DNA of 64,000 nt, taken from NCBI RefSeq assembly GCF_009914755.1, contig NC_060932.1. The stretch is one strand, 5' to 3'. Below, in pieces: positions 32,101 through 45,228 of the stretch. Position 1 is the stretch's first letter, and each line of letters opens with the position of its first letter. The position numbers were made by a program, and so were the translations under genes. Source of the stretch: the human T2T-CHM13v2.0 reference genome, Homo sapiens. Under the pieces are notes generated by a model. That model worked only from the letters and a program-made list of their open reading frames with translations. It was not told the origin of the DNA and made no database searches.

Positions 32101-32324
32101 TAAAATTCCCTTAACCTTTCTCTGTCAGACATTACAAAGGATATTACTCACAGTGCTTAATTCCTTCCCACCTTTCTGGCAATTTTATGCTCAGTGAGGT
32201 GCTGTCAAAGGCAACAGAGAATTTACCAAGTAATACATAAACCTAAATACCTCCATAAAAAAATAAAGACTCCTGTGGTTTGCCTTATTTTCAGAATTAT
32301 ATCGATTACAATGTTTATTCTATC

Positions 32325-33103
32325 AGCTGTATATTTTGCATTTGCTAGGTTTTATATTCTCCCCATATCTGTGGGTTTTCTCCACGTACCACAGTTTTCT
32401 CCCCCATCCGAAAGCTGTGTATGTTCTGTGAGTTGGCGTTTCTACACTGTCACAGTCTGAGTGAGTGTGGGTGTTGGTGTAAGCGAACCCTGTGATGAAA
32501 TGACGTCCTTCCATGGTTGGTGCCCGCCTTGAGCTACTGGAATAGGTTCCAGTCACCTGAGACCCTGAACTGGAATAAACAGTTTGGAAAATGATGATTG
32601 ATTGAATACAAATGATTGTAAACTAAACATTTGGAAAGCCCACAATAATTGCATAAAGGCACAACAATAAACGATGCAGTAGGAAAGCATTCAGCAAGCT
32701 CGCCACATTTGTGATTGTTTGATGTTGAAATGCGTGGTGCCAGGAGGTGCTCCTTACAATTTTTGATTTGCAAACATTTATCCATTGATTTAACCCACTA
32801 CTGCTACAACTGTCACCACTCACTGATTCACCAAAAATTGAGTAAATAATTATCTTACCGGCTTTTATTAATTTATCTTAAATATATGTATAGCTCACAT
32901 TCATTTCAATGTTTAAAGTTTGAAGTGTCTGGGGTCTTTATTTAGAAGTTTCATGATGTTTTTGTCATCAGAAATATGCCACAGGAAGTTGACACTTGTT
33001 CGTATCAACTAGCCTATGATAAAACTGGTTTAATCATGCTTCATTTTACTTAAAGTCACAGTTTCCAGTAATCTATCAACAATATTAAGTGACGACTTAA
33101 GTG
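32325..33103 (+). mobile_element. MER6 (TcMar-Tigger), 5'-truncated
   Basis: TTCTCCCCATATCTGTGGGTTTTCTCC...GACCCTGAACTGGAATAA region and terminal ...TTAAGTGACGACTTA resembling the TIR. Confidence 0.75.
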
Positions 33104-33119
33104 TTTTGGAGAAAGACAT

Positions 33120-33375
33120 ATACCCAGACCTTCTGGGGTTCTGAGTTAACACCAACCCTTCAGAACCCAAAATGCCTTTGTGGTCAGGGTGAGAACTTAT
33201 GGAAATCAGGCAGTAATGGACACTTGGCCTGAGTGGGTAACGCAGTGGGTCCATAGTAGGTCCATTCTGTGGTTATTTCCCTAGTTTCTCAATGTGCAGT
33301 TGGAATAGAACTATTTAGCAACTGAACGGGATCTCCATTTTCATTCCTTAGCAGGTTGAGTAAAAGCCAACATTG
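33120..33375 (+). mobile_element. ERVL-class internal (protease-region) fragment, decayed
   Basis: TCTGAGTTAACAC...ACCCAAAATG...CTTATGGAAATCAGG...CTGTGGTTATTTCCCTAG...TTGGAATAGA resembles HERV-L protease region. Confidence 0.55.
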
Positions 33376-33559
33376 ATTTTGAAGCATGACTGTGAATTAC
33401 AGTAAACTTTATCACATGTTAGCACTAATCACAGGATGTGTTCCAGATGTAAACTCTTTACAAAGCAAATCAACAGCTCCTGGCAAAAAAAAAAGAAAAA
33501 CAACAACAACAACAACAAATACACAGCTACCAATTGACTTATCAAATGTTTTGTTTCTC

Positions 33560-33785
33560 ATTCCCAATTAATATATGCATTCCCAATTAATATAAAGTGG
33601 AATTCCCAATTAATATAAAGTTAATTTATATTAATTCCCAATTAATATAAAGTTAATTTATATTAATTCCCAATTAATATAAAGTTAATTTATATTAATT
33701 CCCAATTAATATAAAGTTAATTTATATTAATTCCCAATTAATATAAAGTTAATTTATATTAATTCCCAATTAATATAAAGTGGAA
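33560..33785. repeat. 32-bp AT-rich minisatellite with internal hairpin
   Basis: AATTCCCAATTAATATAAAGTTAATTTATATT x5 identical from 33601 plus partial copies on both sides. Confidence 0.95.
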
Positions 33786-34259
33786 ATCATCCACTTTACC
33801 AGGCAAGAACAGCAATACTTCTTTACTCAGTTATTTTAGGACTATATGAACTTTAATATGCTTTTTCTTTATATATTCTGTAAAAAATTTAGTCACATTA
33901 ATTTCTTCCAGTATATCATGCTGTTGGTTACATAACGTAAATGATTTTATGCTCATTGGATTATGTGAGAGAGACATACAAAACCTTAAATGCTTAAATT
34001 GGAGATATTATGCCAGAGAAATTTCAGTAGTATTTATACATCAATAAAGTTTCTAGGGGGTTAATTGTCTGAAACAGGTTTGGATACAGCTTCTAAAGTA
34101 AATGACATTTTCCTGTACCCCACACCATTTGTCATAGCAAAAATAAATAAATAAATAAAGTATAATTCTTGTTTGGAAATTTGGGTTTGGGAGATAGATA
34201 TACCACATGAGTGTATGCTGCTCTGCTCCATTTATAGAAAAACTTGTAAGTCTGACAAT

Positions 34260-35235
34260 TGATTTAAGTTAATAGACTTTATTTATTAGAGAGTTTTTAG
34301 ATTTCATAAAAATTGAGCAGAAAAGTACAAAAAGTTTTATTATATTTCTTTGTCTCCAACATAATCTTCTCTGTAATTAACATCTTGTATTAATGTGGTA
34401 CAATCATTTCAATTGATTGGCCAATATGAATACACAATTATTAACTAAAGTCCACAGTTTAGATTAGGGTTCACTCTGTATTAGAATGTTCTGTGGGTTT
34501 TGATAAATGCATAACATCATGTATCCATCATTGGAGTGTCATGCAGAAGTTTCATTGACCTAAAAATCTCTTGTGCTCCAGCTATTTATCCATCTTTCCC
34601 TACCCAAAACCCGGGCAACCACTGATCATTTTTCAAAATACTTGTGTTAAAATATACATAACATAAAATGTACCATCTTAACTCCTTTAAGTGTGCAATT
34701 CTGTAGTGTTAAATGCATTTATATTGGTGTGCAACAAATCTCCAGGACTCCTTTCATTTTCCAGAACTGAAACTCTACACCCATTAACAATAACCGCCTA
34801 TCTCTTCCTTTTTCCAGCCTCTGGGAAACATGATGCTACTTTTTTTTCTATGAATTTGACCTAGGTACTTCATATAAGTGAAATACTATGGTGTTTGTCT
34901 TTTCGTGGCTGGTTTATTTCACTCAGCGTAATGGCCTCAAGATTCATCTATGTTGTAGCATGTTTCAGAATTTCCTTCCTTTCTAAAGCTGAATAATATC
35001 CCATCATATGGGTATATTACATTGTGTTTGTCCATTTATCTGTGGATGGTCACTTGAGTTGCTTTCACATTTTGGCTATTGCAAATAATGCTGCTATGAA
35101 GACAGATGCATAAGTATCTCCTTGAGATCCTGTTTTTAACTCTTTGAGTATATAGTTAAAGTAGAATTACTGGATCACAGAGTAATTCTATTTATAACGT
35201 TTTGAGTAGCCACTATACTGTTTTCCATAGAATTG
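34260..35235 (-). mobile_element. Two old L1M 3' ends (L1MC/MD-like 34260-34630; L1MB-like 34635-35235)
   Basis: AATTGAGCAGAAAAGTAC...GGCAACCACTGATC and AAAATATACATAACATAAAATGTACC...TGAAACTCTACACCCATTAA motifs. Confidence 0.75.
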
Positions 35236-35549
35236 ACAGTTTTGTGGGCTATAATACAGGTTAATTATTTGAAACAAGCTTCCCTGACATATGGTCCTCA
35301 TGATCCAGTGGATTCTAAGGGTACTTTATGTGATGTGTTGGATAGGGATGCAGTATAAGGTCTTCAGTAAAATTAAAATAAACATAATAAAGCTGAATAT
35401 ACACAGTAGTGTTTCATCCATGCAGGGAAGTAATTATGTAAGACCAGACTTTAGCAGATTCCATTTTCAAAGAAGGAAACAGGTACTAATCTCTTCATTA
35501 GAATAGTGGGAGCCTCAAGTCATACATTTCTATCAAAGGATCAATGCAC

Positions 35550-36039
35550 AACCTTGTTTTAGGTGTGCTTCTGTTTAAAGACACCATGTTTAGTACATAT
35601 TGTTGATTCACTAACATTAAACTCACAGACAACAGCTCTATAATTCGTGCCTGAAAGAAGCTTATTTCAATAAACGTGTTTTTGCCCTATAAGGCACATA
35701 ACAACTGCCTTGTGCTTAGGGACACTAGACGACACATCAGGCCTGCACTTGGGGATCATTTTAAAGAGCAAAATCACAAACAGAAAGCACAAAAAATAAA
35801 AAAGAGAAACATAGCACTGCACAGATATCAAAAAGACACTTGTTTACAGCCTGGGAGTAGAAACAAGAAAGCAACGCATTGCCTCATTTCACCCCACTGG
35901 TAACGTATGTGTTGGGCAACTCAAACTTTTTGCCAATAACAAGGAAAACACAGAGATTATTAATTTTCATGTTACAAATACATTTTAGCAAGTGGACAAA
36001 TTATCAAATATGGAATCCATAAGTGATGAAGATGGACTG
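35550..36039. mobile_element. MER82 (TcMar-Tigger), partial
   Basis: GTGCTTAGGGACACTAGAC...GGAATCCATAAGTGATGAAGATGGACTG followed by TA. Confidence 0.65.
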
Positions 36040-39000
36040 TATAAAAATACGTACCCCCATGTTTGGAAAATACAATCTGCTGTACATCATACTCAGAGGG
36101 AATGCAAAAATAAAAAGTCTTCTCAGTGTCTGATTTTCTAATAGAGTGCCAGATTTTCTACTTTGCATGTTATGAAAGTTGTTTTAGGTGATCAAAGGCT
36201 TATAAAGAACAGGATGAGATTATTGATGATAAGACGGTAGGACCCAGAGCCATAATTATGCATCTCTCAGAATAGATACAGTAGACATAATACCCTTGCC
36301 TATATAAAAGCCTTGAAAAAGGCTTAACTGAAATTCAACAGCTCAACTGCCTGGATTTTATTTAATAAGCAGGTGGAAAAATGACACATTCTATAAATGC
36401 CGGTCTTTCCTCTGGCACTCTGGCCATTTGCTATATGGGCCTTGTGTGCTGAGTACAGACAGAGAAGAGTGCTATACATAGACTCAACAATGTGGCTGCT
36501 AATGAGTGCCTGAGTTGCCAAAAGCAGAGGCTAAAGCTGAACCCTGATAATGCACCATGAGTGTATTAACCAGCCATCTGGGAGCAGGCTGATTGCACTG
36601 GTCCCCTTCTATTAAGGACAGTGATTTGTCTCACAGGAATAAATATAGATTTGCCTTTCCTGCCCCCACATCCCCTGCCATCATCGCTACTCAATGTATG
36701 TCTTGTTCACATTGGTGTTCTTCCACTCGACATTGCTTTTTACAAGAGAATAATGGTAACGTTGCAGCAAGCAAAGTTTGAAAATGCACTGATGCCCATG
36801 GGATTCACTGATCTTATCACATATATCATCACCAGAAACAGCTGGCTTGTTAGGATAATGAAATGCCCTAGTGACGTTTAGTAGTTATCACCTTAGAGAA
36901 ACACCACCAGAGGACTTGGGATGCTGTTTTACAGGATGTAGAACAGGCTACACATAATAGGTGGGTATATCTTGCCATTTTCCTCTTAGTCAAAATACAT
37001 GAATCCATTTCCTAGGGAGAGATGTATGGGTGGTCTCTTTCACTATTACAAAATAATAACTATCTTATACAATTTTTGTTCACCTTCTTCACAACCTTGA
37101 GTTTGATTGGTTGGAAGTCCCTTAGATGGAAGCTGAAAATATGCCCTGACCACTTGTATGCTTGTGTTACTAAGGAAAATGAGTTATCTTAACTAGGGTC
37201 ATTTGATCCTGATTACCAAGGACAAATTAGTTATTGTGTAGGATGTAGGGGGTTTTCTGGGTTTCTCTTAATATTTTTCTTAGGTCCAATAATGTTATAC
37301 CAATGGAACCAATAAAGACAGGACAAATAATTCAAATCCTGTGACAACATATCTATAAAATGGGCCTCATAAGAGTAGAGTGATCTTGTGGAGGGGTGAT
37401 GATTAAAATAAGTTAATAGATTCAATAAATTTATAACAGTGCTGGAATATATCACATAGTATTTATTTTTGGAATTTTTACCATTATTTTTGTCTCATAT
37501 AAATCTGATAGCTGAAAGGCATCACATCAAATAAAATATAGCTAGGTTAAAACTTCAAAAAAAAGAAACAAAACAAAAAGATTGCATATCCCACCAATTT
37601 TCTCCACCCAGTTCTCCATCCACCTCATTTTCTCACAACGTCCACAACCCTCCCAAATGCAGTTCAGTCCATCTTTGAATAGCTTTGCACTTTCCTTTTT
37701 TTTCTCTTCCATAGATTCAAAATTGGCATTATCCTTATAAATTATGGCATGTCTGTTGTGTGGATACACTACACGTTTCTCTCCCCGCCACCTCCCACCC
37801 CAAACACACACATTCCCTAGGGCTGCTCTGCTCTTTACTTAGACTATTTGAGACACTTTCCCCTGCTCCCTGCTACCTGGTGTATTCACAATCATCACTT
37901 ACCTTTGTGGTAAGCATTTATTACCCCAAGTCGTCTGTTTCCATGTTTTACTCTCAATAAAGAGTAAGATTCCTGGGGTAGAAATAGTGTGCATGTGTAT
38001 ACACATACACACACCCCACACATGCACACTCAACATATTTTTACTGATTAGTTTTCAGAACCTTATATGAATGCATACATGAATTTGTTAATACATGCAC
38101 CAGTATTTAGCTTGATCCCTTGGCAATATTTCTGGAAACTGAACATTTTAAGAAGTTGGATAAGACGGGCCAGCTAGCAAAGAAAATGTTTCTTCATGCT
38201 TCCAGATTATAGTAACCCACTTCCCCTTTCACTTGCCTGGTCTGTTGATTCTGTCTCTGCCTCTTATCAGCAAAATACCTCTCTAAATAATGGTCTTTCA
38301 CTATAACTATAGCCTCTCTCCACTTTTCCTCTGTATATCACTTATCAGTTCCCATACTGATTTCTTTGGTAAATTTTATAAACAACATTTGCCCCAGGCT
38401 AGTAATTTTAGTGTGTCTTTTAAGGCTATTCTATGATTCTTTTAATTCAGAAAGTGACTTTATATTCTTTGCTTTTTCTAGAAACTTTATAAAATGATGA
38501 TCGAGTGGGTTCAATAACAACCATGTGAAGAAGAATTCTCTTGGCTTATATTTATCAAAAATAAGTAAGGAGGACAAACAAAAGAGATAAAAAAATACGC
38601 AGCAGTATGCATACTCGTGTTGTTTCCATGGTCATAGCCCAAATCGTAGTGAACTAGGTCTGGGGCTTTGGTATCATGCTTTTTCCTTGAGCTGGAGCTG
38701 CAGTTCCATCAAAATGTGCTTTACCTGATAAGGATGAATTTAGCCATCATTTGATTCTTAACTGAGATTTTTGAGAAGTAGCAACTTCGTTTGAATTAAA
38801 ATCTTCTTAAAAATCTAGTATCGTACCCTCCAATACTCTGTTGTTCTTTTGGACATACCTTCTCTTAGCCGTCCTGGGCCATCTTTCACTTGGGTACAAG
38901 ATCCATGCCTTCCTTTCCTCCTTTGCACAAAGAGATGGGAACCAATTATTTAATGTTTTGCTTTCTTCTTTATTCTCCAACTCTAAATCTCAATCACCAT

Positions 39001-42000
39001 TCTTAAGCAAACCTACGTTTTTTTGTTTCAATGTCACTTATCATGAACAAGAAGAAATTATTGCCTTTGTTCAGAGAAGCAGATTACACGTAGGTTGTTA
39101 TAATTCACAAAACCATTCAATTGTTTTGTTGAATGGCTTCCTTTTCCATGTGTTTCTTTGACTTTACTGTTTAGTAGCCAAGGTATCTAATTATGAAATT
39201 GGTTCCTTCCTTTGAAATGCTTTTGATGCGTCTTATTGTCTTGATTACATCATGGTCTAATCACCTTGCCTATGTCTCCTGCTGTCTTTAATTGACAATT
39301 AGGCCACTATTTATAAAACAAGTATATCATTTACAGGACAATGGTTGGAAGGAAATACACCTATCCTAAGTAAATTGCCGGTTTTCATGATTCATCATTC
39401 CCACTCTCTATTTCTCTCGCAAAAAAAAATCCATTAACATCATACTAAGAAAGTGAACATTTCTATGAATCATAAATTATGGTTGTTTTTTCATGTTCTA
39501 TGAAGGATTACTTATGGGGAATATTTTGTTTACATTTAGACTCCTACAAATGAAAGAAGAAATAGTTCATTGAAACTTGTCTATAGTGAGTAGGTTTTAA
39601 AGATTTCATAAATTTTAATCTTAGTAGGCAAGCCCTTTTTGCCCAGTTTCTCTCTATGCAAGTCTGGGAAATACACTAGTTACTATTTTACTGTTAGCAA
39701 AACTCCCAGATTTCTATATTTAGCCCCCAATTCACATCAAATTTACAAACCCACCACTGTGCTAGACAACTAGATTATATATTTCAGACATTATAAAATC
39801 AGTATGTACCAAAGCAAATGCTGCATGTCTTTTTTAACCAACATAACCTCACACTGAGGCACAGCTAGGCACGGCATACATAAAATATCCCCAAAATATT
39901 GAATTTATAATTTTCATAGTTAATCTCAATATCTAACCAGAAAAACAGGCAAGAAACTTAGGGTTTGTCCTTGCCTGTTTATTTTCGTAGCACGTACATA
40001 GGAGCTTGTTTGCTTATATTGTCTATGCATCTTCCTAAAGAGTACTTTAATGATTTCCCTTTGGTCTGTTTGTTCTGGCATAAAGACTGTTGAAATTACC
40101 ATCAAAGCTTCCATTTTTGACTATTAATACATGTTTTCTAACACTGTAAATGGGATGATTCTAAAATTTCTATCTTCTCAACTGACTTATCTATTCTACA
40201 TCAGTGGGGATTTTCATTACTATCGGAATTAACTCCCAATTAAGTTAGGTGAGGTAGGACATCATATCAAAGACTCTACGTCATCTGCACTGATGTTATA
40301 GCTGTTAGCTTTCATTCATCTAAACTGGAACTTTTCCCGTCTATACTTTGTTGATGTTGGTGTTAATGCTGGCAATTCCATTCCATGCCATCTATGCATG
40401 GTATCGTGCTCACTCACTTGTGACTGTGGGGAGAATGAGGCTCGCTCACTCAATCCACATGTGGATTTTTTTATACCTGTTTCATTAAAAAGCAAGCCTA
40501 TATAGCATCTCATACTAATTGATCCCAGAAAGTTGTCTGTGGCACACATGAAGATACTATAATTTTTGGCACTACTTCTGAAGTGATTAGGGGAATAATA
40601 TTATCAGTATTTAAAATAAAATTACTACCCAAAGATAAAAGCTCCTCTCTGTATCTATAATGTTCTCATGGACAGTCATGCACACACTATTTGATAGTTA
40701 ACTCCATTATGTTGCTGTTGTCGTTCAACAGAACTTTTTACTGCCTTGGCAGTGCCCCTTTATACAAACTCAAGTTTTTTTGTTTTTTGTTTTTTGTTTT
40801 TTGGTTCTGGCTAGACATTGCACTAAACCCCTTACCTCCAACCATAAGCTTTCATCTTCTCTATATAGCATGTGAAAAACAGCTAGTTTTCATAGGTCAT
40901 GTAATACTTTTTAACATAGCACTAAAATTTTCAACTTTTACTTCCCCAAAAGTCAAATATACACATTTCTCCAGTTTGGGTTATATATGGAAAAAATAAA
41001 TTTACTATTTCCCTTATCAAATAGATAATACACTGCTATAAGCAATATAGACATTCTATATTTTATGGCAGTTATTTTTCTCTGAGTCATATTTTGTAAG
41101 TTCTATTCAAAGTCTTTGAGGATGTGAATGACTGTAAAAGCCATGGTATACCTTTTATAGGGAAATCTAATCAAACAAAGTCACAATTCTATACCATGTA
41201 CATATCCTGAATTACAAGGTAAGACAGATGGAATCAAGGTCCACATCGCTGTTTGATCTCAAAGTACTCCATTCACAGGATAAATTCTATTTCTTTACCT
41301 AAAAAATATAAAGTAAATTGGCTGACAGAGTCATCTAAGGTATGAGCTAGCTGCCTTGGGGCAGTCCTACCTAGGGAGAGCATGAAGGACTAGTCATAGA
41401 TTGAAAAGAAGTAGCAAAGCTGGAGTCAAGGAAGTCCACAGTAGTAGATGTTGACATAATAGAAGTGGATAGGGGAAAATATTCCACACTCAGCTTATCA
41501 TTAGTAACCAAAATGCCACATTTTGGGGTGTTTAGCAGCCTAATTGTGGCAACAGTCGTGTGGCCTTATAAAATACAAAATTGGGGAGATTCTAAATTTC
41601 CATTCAAGATTTACAATTCTATTTATAAATTTTTCTTGAAAGCAGATATACATCATTGACAAAAATAAATAGCAGCCTTAGGTATAGGCCCTTTGTTAAA
41701 AGCTTGCATGAATCACAGCCATCTCATAAAATCATAGCACTGTTATTATGATACTAATATAAACACCTTTTAATGTCTGCTGCACTTAATTTGTATAGGT
41801 AATTGACAGCTCATTAGAAATAATGAAAGCATAATTATGAAAACAAGTCTAGAAGAAAGGACAAAGCCTCGACTGATGAATTATATATTGCTAAGTGTAT
41901 ATTTTATTTTATATTATGGGCTTGTTATTATGCACATTCATTATATTATTTTCCCTCTAAGACCCTCACTCTAAGAAATCAGAAAGTGAGGTGCAAATGC

Positions 42001-43700
42001 ATACAAAAAAATATTAAACAGTATATGCATAGCCAGGCAGAAAGTCAAAGTCTCAATTGAAATTTACCACCATGTCATCAAGTTCAGGATACAGTAATGC
42101 TGTAAAATTTAGTTGGAAATTCAGAATTCCAGCTCAATAATAAAGTGCTTTAAACTTTACCTTAAAGATTAAACACGTCTGTTAACTTTAAAGGTCTACT
42201 AACTTCCCCATGAAGTTATAGATCTCTCCTCATGAATTTAAAGATATCTCCATTAACATAATATCTATACCATATATTGGATCAATGTGTCTAATTATGT
42301 ATTTATTCATTTAATACACAATTATTAAAAGCCTAACTGTGGCTAACAATCCTAAATGAAGTAAAAATAAAAATATAAGATTTATAGATTCAGGAGTGTC
42401 TCATTAATATATAAATAACTTTTAAAATGACAGAGACAATTACCCACAAGATACAAAAATGGGCAATATATGAACAAATAGTTCACAGAAGAATAAATGT
42501 TTACCATTAAACTTAAAAAAAGGTATGTTGTAGTGTATTTTTCCTCTAATATGAAAAGAATGCAAATTAAAACTACACTGAGAAAAACTTTCACATCTGG
42601 TAGTGGTGGAGTAGCTCCTAGTGGTTTTATCATCCCATAAATAACTTCTTACACTCTTAAAACATAAAATGGAAACCAATTACAGACACAGAGGAGTGAT
42701 AACATTTGGCAGAAACTAGAGGAAACTCTAACCTTAGAAAAGAGGCGCTTCTTTTGATAATGCTTGGACTGAGGGTAGCCTCTATTCGGGTATGAGGGGT
42801 ACCTAGAACTTGAAGAGAAACTTGAAATCTTTATGGTTTTAAAAACTAGAGGACAGGGTACTAGGCAATGACAACATCTGGAACATGTAGTGAATATTGC
42901 AGAAATGAGACAGCTAGACAGAAAAGGCTATGAATTCTGCATACAGTGTCTGCCCAAAGCTTTCACTGATTTTTGAACTACACATGTGTGGGGCAGATTT
43001 TTAGCATTCCAGCTAAGGTTAAAACATATATTTCAACTATTGCCCTGTGTAGTAGAGACACTAGAGGTTGAGTTCAGTCGAGTCAACTGACTGCTGGAGA
43101 AAGCAAAGCAAAGCAAAATAAAAACAAAATTAATAGTGTTGAGAGGAACGTAACAGAATTTCTAAAATATATTGTTCACAAGGCCCAAGATATGATTTTA
43201 AATTATCCAAATTGTTAGATATATGAAAAAGAGGAAAATATGACTCATATATAAGAGACAAGAAAAGATCAACCATGAAATGACAGGTGATAAAATATGC
43301 AGATGATGATTTTAAAGCAGCTGTTATAATCATGCTCAAGAATAATAAAAAAGATGCTCATGATGAATAAACAAGTAAAATAAATCTTAGTAAAAAAATA
43401 GAAACTATAAAGAACAAAATGGGATTTCTGGAAATGAAAAATACATTTGAATTTAAAAAACATATATGTACATTAATTTCATGCAGTTACCAACATTGAA
43501 ATTTAAAAATGAATCAGTGAAGTTGAAGATAGATTAATCTATACAAATTATTCAATTGGAAGAATTGTGAGCAAATATATATTATACACATCTCCTTCCT
43601 ATATATGTATATATACACACACGTACATACAGTGTACATACTGTATATACTATATACAGTATATTATACACTGTATAAATTATACAGTGTATATACTGTA

Positions 43701-44050
43701 TACATATATACAGTATATGTGTATATACATATATACAGTATATGTGTATATACATATATACAGTGTATGTGTATATACATATATACAGTGTATGTGTATA
43801 TACATATATACAGTGTATGTGTATATACATATATACAGTGTATGTGTATATACATATATACAGTGTATGTGTATATACATATATACAGTGTATGTGTATA
43901 TACATATATACAGTGTATGTGTATATACATATATACAGTGTATGTGTATTTACATATATACAGTGTATGTGTATATACATATATACAGTGTATGTGTATA
44001 TACATATATACAGTGTATGTGTATATACATATATACAGTGTATGTGTATA
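43701..44050. repeat. 25-bp minisatellite, 14 copies, inside a 1.1-kb TA/CA-rich low-complexity block (43576-44700)
   Basis: Unit TACATATATACAGTGTATGTGTATA; first two copies carry CAGTATAT; copy at 43926 ends GTATT. Confidence 0.95.
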
Positions 44051-44792
44051 TACACATATACATATATACAGCTCATACTTTATATATGTATCTATATACA
44101 TATATACAGTATATGCTGTATATATGTATCTATATACATACATATATGTATCTATATACACATATACATATATAATTGACACATTTATACATAGTATATA
44201 TGTAGATATATTTGCATATGTGCATATACACACATACATATATGCATTATATATACATATATACATATATTGTTGATCCATATATGCGTGTATTATAGTA
44301 ATTATATATACACATGTATATAATGTATACATTGTACATGTTTATGTTTGGGTTAAATACATAGATACATGTTTATATATGGGTTTACATAGATACATGT
44401 TTATACAGATACACGTTTATATATGGGTTCATAATGTATATATGTGTGTATATATACATATGCATATATAATTTATGTGTGTGTATATATAAAGAACTAA
44501 TGCTATATATGTTTACATATATACATATGTATATATGTGTATGCAGAATCCAGAGTCTTTTCTCTCTAGCTTTCTCATTTCTGTATATACACATATACAC
44601 GTATTGCACATATCTATATGTATGTGTGTATGCATATATTTAATTGGAAGAATTGTGAACAAAAATATACACACACACACATACACACATGTATATGTCA
44701 GAGTCTCTGTGATATGTGGAACAGTATCAAAAATAACATACTTATAATTGAAGTTCCAGAAGAAAAGCAAGTAAAAATGGGTCAGAAAGAAA

Positions 44793-45228
44793 TTTTTTTT
44801 CCTTTTTTTTTTAAATCATACTTTAAGTTCTGGGGTACGTGAGCAGAACGTGCAGGTTTGTTACATAGATATACACATGCCATGGTGGTTTGCTGCACCC
44901 ATCAACCTGTCATCTACATTAGGTATTTCTCCTAAGGCTAACCCTCCCCTAACCCTCCACCCCCTGACAGGCCCCAGTGTGTGTTGTTCCCCTCCCTGTG
45001 TCCATGTGTTCTCATTGTTCAACTCCCACTTATGAGTGAGAACATGTGGTGTTTGGTTTTCTGTTCTTGTGTTAGTTTGCTGAGAAGGATGGTTTCCAGC
45101 TTCATCCATGTGCCTGCAAAGGACATGAACTCATCCGTTTTATGGCTGCATAGTATTCCATGGTGTATATGTGCCACGTTTTCTTTATCCAGCCTATCAT
45201 TGATGGGCATTTGGGTTGGTTCCAAGTA
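44793..45228 (-). mobile_element. 5'-truncated L1PA7/8-type 3' end
   Basis: T tract then CTTTAAGTTCTGGGGTAC...ATCAACCTGTCATCTACATTAGG; no clear TSD. Confidence 0.88.

Noticed and set aside
33601-33780. 32-bp palindromic direct repeats resembling a CRISPR array
   Set aside because: Units are head-to-tail with no spacers, no cas genes, eukaryotic context
41100-41540. Possible old ERV1-type LTR (ends ATGCCACATTTTGGGGTG)
   Set aside because: Too decayed to assign family or boundaries by eye
43567-44770. Long Tyr/Ile/His/Cys-rich ORFs (up to 223 aa) on both strands
   Set aside because: Artefacts of a stop-free TA/CA minisatellite
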